From positions 1,852 to 65,851 of the forward strand of contig NZ_CAMEFG010000017.1 of the NCBI RefSeq assembly GCF_945915435.1: a stretch of 64,000 nucleotides of DNA, read 5' to 3'. Below the pieces are notes generated by a model. That model ran no database searches, had not been told where the DNA came from, and was given only the letters and a program-made list of their open reading frames with translations. The position numbers and the translations under genes were made by a program. Source of the stretch: an uncultured Paracoccus sp. (GTDB lineage: Bacteria; Pseudomonadota; Alphaproteobacteria; Rhodobacterales; Rhodobacteraceae). Shown piece by piece: positions 32,295 through 40,563 of this stretch; the first letter of the stretch is position 1; each line of letters starts with the position of its first letter.

Positions 32295-32311
32295 CTGTCA
32301 CCTTTTGTCAG
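32295..32311. promoter_or_regulatory. Putative operator of the WYL regulator (direct repeat TGTCA-N5-TGTCA)
   Basis: cTGTCAcctttTGTCAg, 10-bp period, in the 63-bp divergent gap next to the regulator start codon. Confidence 0.5.
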
Positions 32312-32356
32312 CACCCCCGTGCCAGAGTCGGGGCTGGCAATGCAAGGAGGCAAGTC

Positions 32357-32944
32357 ATGCTGACATTCTATCACGCACCGAACAGCCGCTCGACCAGCAT
32401 CAACCAGTTGATCCACGAACTCGGCGTCGCCGATCAGGTCAGGACGGTCGAGGTCACGATTCCGCGCTCGGACGGTTCGGGCGGGACCGATCCGGCCAAT
32501 CCGCATCCCGAAGGCAAGGTGCCCTATCTGACCGAGGGCGAGGATTTCGTGCGCGAACGGGCGGCCATCGTCCTCTATCTGACCGACCGCTTCCCGCGCG
32601 CCGGGCTGGGACGCGCGGTCGGCGATCCGCAGCGCGGCCGCTTCCTGTCATGGCTGACATGGTATCAGGGCGTATTCGAGCCGGTGGCCATCCTCGGCTG
32701 GGCCGGGGTGGACCATCCCGCGATCAAGGATTCGCTGCGCGATTACGACACGGCGATCCGGCGTCTGGACGAGGCGCTGACACGGCAGCCCTACCTGCTG
32801 GGCGACGATTACAGCGCCGCCGATCTGCTTTGCGCGGGACCCTTCGCGTGGTTCGGCGATCAGATGCCCGCCACGCCCGCGATCAAGGCGTGGGTGGAAC
32901 GCTGCATGGATCGCCCCGCCGTCCACGAGACCGCGGGCGTATAG
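32357..32944 (+). CDS. Glutathione S-transferase family protein
   Basis: FYHAPNSRS, HPEGKVPYL, ERAAIVLYL, YSAADL; AGGAGG RBS. Confidence 0.9.
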   Translation: MLTFYHAPNSRSTSINQLIHELGVADQVRTVEVTIPRSDGSGGTDPANPHPEGKVPYLTEGEDFVRERAAIVLYLTDRFPRAGLGRAVGDPQRGRFLSWLTWYQGVFEPVAILGWAGVDHPAIKDSLRDYDTAIRRLDEALTRQPYLLGDDYSAADLLCAGPFAWFGDQMPATPAIKAWVERCMDRPAVHETAGV

Positions 32945-32945
32945 A

Positions 32946-33827
32946 TCAGCAAGAGATTTCCCCGACCTGCCCGTCCAGTTCGCGCATCAGCGTCATCATC
33001 CCCGAAACGGTGATGAACAGGATCCCTACGAACATCGGCATGTCCAGGATCTCGCTGAACAGCAGGTAATCCAGCACGATGGCCCAGATCATCTGGCTGT
33101 ATTGCGTCGGGCTGACCCAGGCGGCGGGCGCGCGCAGGGCGGCATGCATCAGCAGCAGGTTCGCCAGCGCCGCCATCAGCCCGTAGCCCGCCAGCAGCAC
33201 CCAGTCCTGCGCGGCGGGCCAGTGAAAGTCGCGCAGCATCGCCAGCCCGCAGATCAGCACCGCGCCCAGCATCCCCGCGCCGAACAGCGACAGCCGCTTG
33301 TCGTCGTTTCCGGCCACGCGATAGATGACGACCGACAGCCCGCCGCAAAGCCCTGCCACCAGAGCGCCCAGATGGCCGATGCTCAATTCGCGAAAACCGG
33401 GCCGCAGCACGATCAGCACGCCCAGAAAACCGATCAGGACCGCCCCCCACCGCCGGGTGCCGACCTGTTCGTTCAGAAACAGGGTCGAGATGATGGTCAC
33501 GAAAGCCGGTTGCAGGAAGATCAGCACGAAGGCCTCGGCCATCGTCAGATGGGTGAAGGCGGTGACGCTGCCGATGACCCCGACCGGATATGAAAAGAAC
33601 CGCAAAAGCCACAGCGCGTGGTTGCGGGTCGCGAAGATATCCTGCCAGCGGTCCCCCTTCTCGACCACGAAGGGCAAGAGGCAAAAGGCGAAAAGCGCAC
33701 CGAAAAAGGCGGATTCGATGGGCGGCACCCGCCCGTCGATCAGCTTCACGCTGGCATCGCTGAAGGCGAACACCGCGAAGGCGGCAAAGCCCAGAAGAAC
33801 GCCGCGCGTCGCGATGGTGCTGGTCAT
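32946..33827 (-). CDS. DMT/EamA-family transporter
   Basis: About 10 TM segments, GFLGVLIVLRPG, SPTQYSQMIWA. Confidence 0.88.
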   Translation of the reverse strand: MTSTIATRGVLLGFAAFAVFAFSDASVKLIDGRVPPIESAFFGALFAFCLLPFVVEKGDRWQDIFATRNHALWLLRFFSYPVGVIGSVTAFTHLTMAEAFVLIFLQPAFVTIISTLFLNEQVGTRRWGAVLIGFLGVLIVLRPGFRELSIGHLGALVAGLCGGLSVVIYRVAGNDDKRLSLFGAGMLGAVLICGLAMLRDFHWPAAQDWVLLAGYGLMAALANLLLMHAALRAPAAWVSPTQYSQMIWAIVLDYLLFSEILDMPMFVGILFITVSGMMTLMRELDGQVGEISC

Positions 33828-33949
33828 GGGGCATTTCCTTGGGCGGACCGGGTCCTGAACGGGGTCAGGCAGGCGCGCTGTCTAACCCGGAAATGCCGCG
33901 CCGTCCCCTGCCGGATTCGCAAGGCACCCTTGCAAGGAACGCCGCCCCG

Positions 33950-34903
33950 TCAGGCGCCCGCCGCGTCCAGCGCGTCGATATCGCCGTGGTTCATCATCAG
34001 GCTTGCAGCGCGGGCAAAGCTTTCCACCTGCGCCACGCTGGTCGCCGAGGCGATGGGCGCCGTCACCCCCTTGCGCTGGATCAGCCAGGCCAGCGCGACC
34101 TCGGCCGGTTTCACCGAATGATCGCGCGCCACCCGGTCCAGCGCATCCAGGATGGCTTGTCCGCGCGGCGTCAGGTATCGCGCCACCCCCTGCCCGCGCA
34201 CCGATTTGCCCAGATCCTCGGCCGAGCGGTATTTGCCCGTCAGAAACCCCGAGGCCAGGCTGTAATAGGTCACGACCCCCAGCCCTTCGCGGATGCAGAA
34301 ATCGCGCAACTCGCCCTCATAGCCCGCGCGGTCGTGCAGGTTGTATTCGGGCTGCACGACCTGATAGGCGGGCAGCCCTTCGTCGCGCGCGATCTGCAAG
34401 GCGCGGCCAAGCTGGTCCGCATCGTGGTTGGACGCGCCGATGGCACCGATCTTGCCCGCCCGGACCAGCTTGTCATAGGCCCGTAGCGTTTCCTCGACCG
34501 GGGTCTCGCGGTCGAAGCGATGCGAGAAATAGAGGTCGATCCGCTCGATCCCCAGCCGGGAAAGCGAGTTCTCGACCCCCTCCATGATCCAGCGTTCCGA
34601 CAGGCCCGTCTGGCCGGGCTGGCCCATGTCCATGCCGATCTTGGTAAAGATCACCAGCCTGTCGCGCAGGCCGGGGCGGGCCTTCAGCCATCTGCCGATG
34701 ACCGTCTCGGATTCGCCGCCCTTGTTGCCGGGGACCCAAGCCGAATAGCAATCGGCGGTGTCGATGGCATCAAAGCCGTGATCGACGAAGGCATCCAGCA
34801 CGCGAAAGCTGGTTTCCTCGTCGATGGTCCAGCCAAGGACGTTGCCGCCAAAGACGATCGGCGCGATTTCAAGGCCGGTCCTGCCAAGCGCACGTTTCTG
34901 CAT
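33950..34903 (-). CDS. Aldo/keto reductase
   Basis: IDTADCY, SETVIGRW, IDLYFSH, QPEYNL. Confidence 0.92.
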   Translation of the reverse strand: MQKRALGRTGLEIAPIVFGGNVLGWTIDEETSFRVLDAFVDHGFDAIDTADCYSAWVPGNKGGESETVIGRWLKARPGLRDRLVIFTKIGMDMGQPGQTGLSERWIMEGVENSLSRLGIERIDLYFSHRFDRETPVEETLRAYDKLVRAGKIGAIGASNHDADQLGRALQIARDEGLPAYQVVQPEYNLHDRAGYEGELRDFCIREGLGVVTYYSLASGFLTGKYRSAEDLGKSVRGQGVARYLTPRGQAILDALDRVARDHSVKPAEVALAWLIQRKGVTAPIASATSVAQVESFARAASLMMNHGDIDALDAAGA

Positions 34904-34973
34904 CTTTCCCCCCTTGCATCCGGTTGGGCGCCGTCGCCGCCTGACGGATCGGCGCGGGCCGTTCCCGATACTG

Positions 34974-36290
34974 CTACGTCAGGCCGCCCGGCTGCAAGCC
35001 CGCCGTTCCAAGGGCCTGCGGCCGCGGCCCGCCGGTGGCCCAGTCCAGCAGTTCGGCGGTGTGGACGACCGGGGTGCCGGTGCCCGATCCGATCTGCATC
35101 ATGCAGCCGATGTTGCCCGCGCTGATGACCTGCGGGGCGATGGCCTCCAGCGTGGCGACCTTGCGGCGTTTCAACTCGGCCGAGATTTCGGGCTGCATCA
35201 GGTTGTAGGTGCCCGCCGATCCGCAACAGATATGGCTGTCCTTGGGTTCGACCACGGTAAAGCCCGCGTCTTTCAGCAGATCCTTGGGGGCCGCGCGGAC
35301 CTGCTGGCCATGTTGCAGCGAACAGGCCGAGTGATAGGCGACGCGCAGGGGTTCGGCATGGGTCGCGTCCTGCAAGCCGATCTCGGCCATCAGTTCGGTG
35401 ATGTCGCGCGCCAGCGCAGCCACCCGCGCGGCGTCGGCGGCCAGCGGGTCGTTTGCGAACATATGCCCGTAATCCTTGACCGTCGTTCCGCAGCCCGAGG
35501 TGTTGATGACCACCGCGTCCAGCCCCTGCCCGTCGATCTCGGCCGCCAGCGCGCGGATATTGGCGGCGGCCATCGCGTGGCTGTCATCGGTGCGGCCCAT
35601 GTGATGGGTCAGCGCGCCGCAGCAGCCAAGGCCCTGCGGAATCACCACCTCGCAGCCGTGGCGGCGCAGAAGGCGGATGGTGGCGTCGTTGATGTCGGTG
35701 TTCAGCGCCCGCTGCGCGCAACCGACCAGCAGCGCCACCCGCTTGCGGCGCGGGGCCTTGGCGGCAAAGCTTTGCGGCGTGTCGTTCCGGCTGGGCGCGG
35801 GCAGGCGGGGCGGCGCCATGTCCAGCATCGCGCGCAGCCGCGCATCGGGGACCAGCCTGCGAAAGGGCCGCGCGATCCGCGCGCCAAGCAGCGCCAGCCG
35901 GAAGCGCCCCGGATAAGGCAGGATCCGCGCCAAGAGCCAGCGCAGCGCACGTTCGTCCCAGCGGCGGCGATAGTTCTGCTCGATATATTCGCGGGCGTGA
36001 TCGACCAGGTGCATGTAATGCACGCCCGAGGGACAGGTCGTCATGCACGACAGGCAGGACAGGCAGCGGTCGATATGCTGCACGGTTTTCGCATCCGGCA
36101 CCTTGCTGTTTTCCAGCATGTCCTTGATCAGGTAGATCCGCCCGCGCGGACTGTCCAATTCATCCCCCAGCACCTTGTAGGTGGGACAGGTCGCGGTGCA
36201 AAAGCCGCAATGCACGCAGGATCTCAGGATCTCGTTCGAGCGCGCGATGGCCGGGTCGGCCAGTTGCTGTTCGGTGAATGTCGTCTGCAT
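34974..36290 (-). CDS. glcF: Glycolate oxidase iron-sulfur subunit
   Basis: CVHCGFCTATCP, CLSCLSCMTTCP, two CCG domains. Confidence 0.95.
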   Translation of the reverse strand: MQTTFTEQQLADPAIARSNEILRSCVHCGFCTATCPTYKVLGDELDSPRGRIYLIKDMLENSKVPDAKTVQHIDRCLSCLSCMTTCPSGVHYMHLVDHAREYIEQNYRRRWDERALRWLLARILPYPGRFRLALLGARIARPFRRLVPDARLRAMLDMAPPRLPAPSRNDTPQSFAAKAPRRKRVALLVGCAQRALNTDINDATIRLLRRHGCEVVIPQGLGCCGALTHHMGRTDDSHAMAAANIRALAAEIDGQGLDAVVINTSGCGTTVKDYGHMFANDPLAADAARVAALARDITELMAEIGLQDATHAEPLRVAYHSACSLQHGQQVRAAPKDLLKDAGFTVVEPKDSHICCGSAGTYNLMQPEISAELKRRKVATLEAIAPQVISAGNIGCMMQIGSGTGTPVVHTAELLDWATGGPRPQALGTAGLQPGGLT

Positions 36291-36294
36291 CTTG

Positions 36295-37407
36295 CTACCC
36301 CATCAGGCCGGGATTGAGGATGCCCGCCGGATCGAAGGTCCGGCGCAGCGCGGCAGCAAGGCGCGCGACGCCGGGCGCCTGCGGGGGAAAGATCGGGGTC
36401 GCGGTCCCGCGCAGCAGGATCGCCTGCCCCGCGCCCGCCGCACGGCGCACGGCATCCGCGTCGCCACTGCCGCAATACCAGACCAGCCCGCCGCCCCAGT
36501 CCATCGAACAGGTCCCGCCAAGCGCCTCCAGCGCCCGCATCACCGCCGGGGCGTCGGTCGGCTTGACCAGCACCCGCCAGACGGCGCCCTCGCTGGCCGC
36601 GAAATGGCGCAGGTCGCGCACGTCGCGCCACAGGCGGCGGCTGTCGTCGTCGGGGATGACTTCGGCACGCCGGTCGCGCAGCAGCGCCGCCAAACGGTCG
36701 CGGCGGTAATCGACCTGGCCCGAAAGCCCCTCGATCCGCATCCAGGCGGTGCCGTCGTGGAAGGCCGCGCCCGAGACCTCGAAGGGCGTCGCCAGCGCGG
36801 CGGAAAAGACCTGCACAGCCTGCGCGGGCGTCAGGCCCGGCAGGGCCAGCGTCTGCTGGCTTTCGGCCAGTGGCAGGGTCTTCAGCACGACCTCGGACAG
36901 GACGCCCAGGGTGCCGTGCGATCCGGCCATCAGCTTGACCAGGTCCATGCCGGTGACGTTCTTCATCACCCGCCCGCCGTTCCTGATGACCCGCCCCTGC
37001 CCGTCGACGAAACGCACGCCCAGCAGGTGGTCGCGGCACGCCCCCGCCTGCAAGCGGCGTGGACCGGACACATTCGCGGCCACCAGCCCGCCCACCGTGG
37101 GCGTGCCGTTCCCGCCCAGAAGGACGCGGTGGTCCATCGGCTCGAAGGCCAGCGCCTGACCTTCGGCGGCCAGCGCGGCCTCGATCTGATCGACGGGGGT
37201 GCCGGCGCGGGCGATCAGCGTCAACTCGCCCGGTTCATAGGTCACGATGCCGGACATGTTCCGCGTGGACAGCCGAACGCCGGGACCCGCGGGCAGCCGC
37301 GTCCCGCCGCCCTCGATCCACAGGGCGCGCCCGGCGCCGTGGCTGTCGGCCAGGAAACCGGCCAGTTCGGTCTCGTCCTGCGGGGCGATCCTGTCCTGCG
37401 TCAGCAT
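36295..37407 (-). CDS. glcE: Glycolate oxidase FAD-binding subunit
   Basis: YEPGELT, SGPRR, GGRVMKNVTG.D, FDPAGILNPG. Confidence 0.93.
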   Translation of the reverse strand: MLTQDRIAPQDETELAGFLADSHGAGRALWIEGGGTRLPAGPGVRLSTRNMSGIVTYEPGELTLIARAGTPVDQIEAALAAEGQALAFEPMDHRVLLGGNGTPTVGGLVAANVSGPRRLQAGACRDHLLGVRFVDGQGRVIRNGGRVMKNVTGMDLVKLMAGSHGTLGVLSEVVLKTLPLAESQQTLALPGLTPAQAVQVFSAALATPFEVSGAAFHDGTAWMRIEGLSGQVDYRRDRLAALLRDRRAEVIPDDDSRRLWRDVRDLRHFAASEGAVWRVLVKPTDAPAVMRALEALGGTCSMDWGGGLVWYCGSGDADAVRRAAGAGQAILLRGTATPIFPPQAPGVARLAAALRRTFDPAGILNPGLMG

Positions 37408-38855
37408 GATGCGGCCCTTTCGCGATGGGGCTGGCTGACCTCGAGCGGAAAGACCTTGGCGGGGTTCAGCAGCCAGCAGGGGTCCAGCGCGGATTTGATT
37501 TCCAACTGGATGGCCATGTCCACGGCGGAATACTGGCTGGTCATCAGGTCGCGCTTTTCGATGCCGACGCCATGTTCGCCGGTCAGGCAACCGCCGACAT
37601 CGACGCAAAGGCGCAGGATGTCGGCCCCGAAGGCCTCGGCCCGTTCCAGATCGCCGGGCTTGTTGGCATTGAACAGGATCAGCGGATGCATGTTGCCGTC
37701 GCCCGCGTGAAAGACATTGGCGACCTCAAGCCCGTGTTCGCGCGACAGTTCACCGATCCGGCGCAGCGTATGGGGCAGCTTCGACACCGGCACGGTGCCG
37801 TCCAGGCAAAGGTAGTCGCCCAGCCGTCCCATCGCGCCAAAGGCCGATTTGCGGCCCTTCCAGATCGCCAGCGATTCGTCCTCGTTCCGGCTGGCGCGGA
37901 ACTCGACCGGGTTCAGTTCGTCGGCGATGGCGCGGATGCGGGCGGTCTGGTCGGCGATTTCCTGCGCCGATCCCTCGACCTCGACGATCAGCACGGCGGG
38001 GCAATCGGGATAGCCCGCCCTGGCGAAGGATTCGACCGCACGCAGGCACACGTCGTCCATGTATTCGATGGCGACCGGGATCAGGCCGGAACGAATGATC
38101 CGCGCCACGCATTCGCCCGCCACCTCGGCGCTGTCGAAGCCGATCAGCATGGGGCGCGCGCCTTCGGGGCGGGGCAGGATGCGCAACGTCGCCTCGGTCA
38201 CGATGCCAAGCTGGCCCTCGGATCCGCAGATCAGCCCAAGGATGTCCAGCCCGCCGGTGCCCAGCGTGGGGCCGCCCAGATCGACGATCTCGCCATCGGC
38301 CATGACGATGCGGACGCCCAGCAGGTTGTTGGTGGTGACGCCGTATTTCAGGCAATGCGCCCCACCCGAGTTCATCCCGATATTCCCCGCGATCGTGCAG
38401 GCAAGCTGGCTTGAGGGGTCGGGCGCGTAGAAGAAGCCCAGCGGCTCCAGCTCGGCGCTGACGGACAGGTTGGTGACGCCGGTCTGCACGCGGATGAAGC
38501 GGTTGTCGGTGTCGATCTCAAGTATCTCGCGCAGGCGCATCGTGCCGATCACCACGCTGTCGGCGGTGGGCAGCGCGCCCCCGGCAAGCGAGGTTCCCGC
38601 CCCGCGCGGGATCACCGGCACCCGCATGTCGTGGCAGATGCGCATGGCGGCGGCGACCTCTTCGGTCGTGCGCGGCAGGACGACGGCCAGCGGCGGGCAG
38701 CGATAGGCGGTCAGCGCATCGCATTCGTAGGCGCGGGTTTCCTCGGGGTCGAAGATCACCGCGTCATCGGGCAGCACCGCCGCCAGTGCGGCGACGATCT
38801 GGTCCTTGCGGGCGATGATCCCGGCGTCGGGCGTTGGCATGGCAACGGTGGACAT
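37401..38855 (-). CDS. glcD: Glycolate oxidase subunit
   Basis: PDPSSQLACTIAGN, HCLKYG, HAGDGNMHP, GEHGVGIEK. Confidence 0.94.
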   Translation of the reverse strand: MSTVAMPTPDAGIIARKDQIVAALAAVLPDDAVIFDPEETRAYECDALTAYRCPPLAVVLPRTTEEVAAAMRICHDMRVPVIPRGAGTSLAGGALPTADSVVIGTMRLREILEIDTDNRFIRVQTGVTNLSVSAELEPLGFFYAPDPSSQLACTIAGNIGMNSGGAHCLKYGVTTNNLLGVRIVMADGEIVDLGGPTLGTGGLDILGLICGSEGQLGIVTEATLRILPRPEGARPMLIGFDSAEVAGECVARIIRSGLIPVAIEYMDDVCLRAVESFARAGYPDCPAVLIVEVEGSAQEIADQTARIRAIADELNPVEFRASRNEDESLAIWKGRKSAFGAMGRLGDYLCLDGTVPVSKLPHTLRRIGELSREHGLEVANVFHAGDGNMHPLILFNANKPGDLERAEAFGADILRLCVDVGGCLTGEHGVGIEKRDLMTSQYSAVDMAIQLEIKSALDPCWLLNPAKVFPLEVSQPHRERAASC

Positions 38856-38899
38856 GGATGGCCCCTCCTCGGCTGTCGGTCGTCCGGGTCGCATTCCTT

Positions 38900-38920
38900 T
38901 TGGTAAAAAGTTTTTTCCAA
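38900..38920. promoter_or_regulatory. Putative operator of the FadR/GlcC-type regulator
   Basis: Near-perfect palindrome TTGGTAAAAA-G-TTTTTTCCAA 45 bp upstream of glcD. Confidence 0.65.
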
Positions 38921-39028
38921 GCCAAGTCAAGGCAGGAAACAAATCCGATCATACAAGGGAAATATTGCGGCCGCCCCGGTAAAATGCTTAGCTTGCTGCA
39001 AAAGATGCAACTGGCCGCGTTTCCCCCG

Positions 39029-39811
39029 ATGCAAGATCACAAACCCCTCCGACCGGAAAAGGTCGCCGATTCAGTGGCAAGGCATATCGAGGGGCTGATC
39101 CTCGAAGGCTCGCTGCAACCGGGCGAGGCCCTGCTGCCCGAGCGCGAGATGGCCATGCGGCTGAACGTCTCGCGCCCGACGCTGCGCGATGCGCTGAAGG
39201 CGCTTGAGGAAAGGGGGCTGCTGACCAGCCGCGAGGGCCGGGGGATGCGGGTCGCGCGAATCGGCGCCGGGGCGATCACCGATCCGCTGATCGCCATGCT
39301 GGCCGAACGGCAAGAGGTCGCGGACGATTACCTTGAATTCCGCGACGTGGTGGAAAGTTCGGCTGCGGCGATGGCGGCCGAGCGAGCCAACGACCTGGAC
39401 CTTGCGCGCATCGGCGAATGCGCCCGGCGGATCGCCGAGGCCCATGACGCGGGCGACCCCGCGGATGAGGCCGAGGCCGACGCCGCCCTGCACCTGGCCA
39501 TCTACGAGGCCAGCCACAACCTGGTGCTGCTGCTGATCATGCGGGCGCTGTCGTCGAACCTGAAGACCGACGTGCTGCAAAACCGCCAGCGCCTGTTCAC
39601 CATTCCCGACATACGCGAAACCCTGCGCGACCAGCATCTGGCGATCGCCGGCACGATCATGCGCCGCCAGCCCGATGCCGCCCGCGCCGCCGCGCATGAG
39701 CATCTGGCCTATCTGCGCCGCACCGTGCAGCAGATCCGCGAGGATGAAGACAGGATCGGCCTGTCGCAGCGCCGCCTGAACGGCGGCGGGCTTGGCGCGC
39801 GGCGGGACTGA
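39029..39811 (+). CDS. GntR/FadR-family glycolate regulator (GlcC/GlcR-like)
   Basis: LLPEREMA..LNVSRPTLRDAL HTH plus FCD domain; divergent from glcD. Confidence 0.88.
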   Translation: MQDHKPLRPEKVADSVARHIEGLILEGSLQPGEALLPEREMAMRLNVSRPTLRDALKALEERGLLTSREGRGMRVARIGAGAITDPLIAMLAERQEVADDYLEFRDVVESSAAAMAAERANDLDLARIGECARRIAEAHDAGDPADEAEADAALHLAIYEASHNLVLLLIMRALSSNLKTDVLQNRQRLFTIPDIRETLRDQHLAIAGTIMRRQPDAARAAAHEHLAYLRRTVQQIREDEDRIGLSQRRLNGGGLGARRD

Positions 39812-39885
39812 CGGCCCCGGCTGGCTTCCCTGCGCACCATATGCATAATCCGCGCCGATACAGGAACGATGCAAGGGACGACCCC

Positions 39886-40563
39886 ATGTATGGCCGTTAC
39901 GCCGTCTATTACGCCCCCGAACCCGGCCCCTTCGCGGATTTCACCGCCGCCTGGCTGGGATGGGACCCCGCGCGCGGGATGCCGGTGCCGCACCCCGATC
40001 TGCCGCTGGACATCCCCCCTGTCGTGGCCACGCCGCGGAAATACGGCTTTCACGGCACGCTGAAGCCGCCCTTCCGGCTGGCCGAGGGGGTGGCCGAGAC
40101 CGATCTGCGCGCCGCGCTGGACCGGCTGGCGGCGGATATGCGTCCCCTGACCCTGCCCGGATTGCGGCTTGACCGGCTGGGACATTTCCTGGCGCTGCTG
40201 CCCGAGGGCGACCCGGCGGCGCTTGCCCATCTGGCGGCGCGGGTCGTGCAGGGCCTGGACCACCTGCGTGCGCCCCTGACCCCCGAGGAAAAGGCCCGCC
40301 GCAAGCCCGAAAGCCTGACCCCGCGCCAGCGCGAATTGCTGGAAGAATGGGGTTATCCCTATGTCATGGACCAGTTCCGCTTTCACCTGACCCTGACCGG
40401 CCCCCTGCCCGGCGACCAGGCCGATACGGTGATGCAGGTGCTGGCGCCCCGGTTGGTCCCGCTGTTGCCCGTGCCGTTCCTGATCCGCGATCTTTGCCTG
40501 TTCGGCGAGGCTGCCGACGGGCACTTCCGCCTGCTGCATCGCGCGCCGCTGACGGGCGGCTAG
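39886..40563 (+). CDS. DUF1045 protein (2H phosphoesterase-like)
   Basis: RYAVYYAP, KYGFHGTLKPPF, WGYPYV, FRFHLTLTG (two HxT motifs). Confidence 0.82.
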   Translation: MYGRYAVYYAPEPGPFADFTAAWLGWDPARGMPVPHPDLPLDIPPVVATPRKYGFHGTLKPPFRLAEGVAETDLRAALDRLAADMRPLTLPGLRLDRLGHFLALLPEGDPAALAHLAARVVQGLDHLRAPLTPEEKARRKPESLTPRQRELLEEWGYPYVMDQFRFHLTLTGPLPGDQADTVMQVLAPRLVPLLPVPFLIRDLCLFGEAADGHFRLLHRAPLTGG

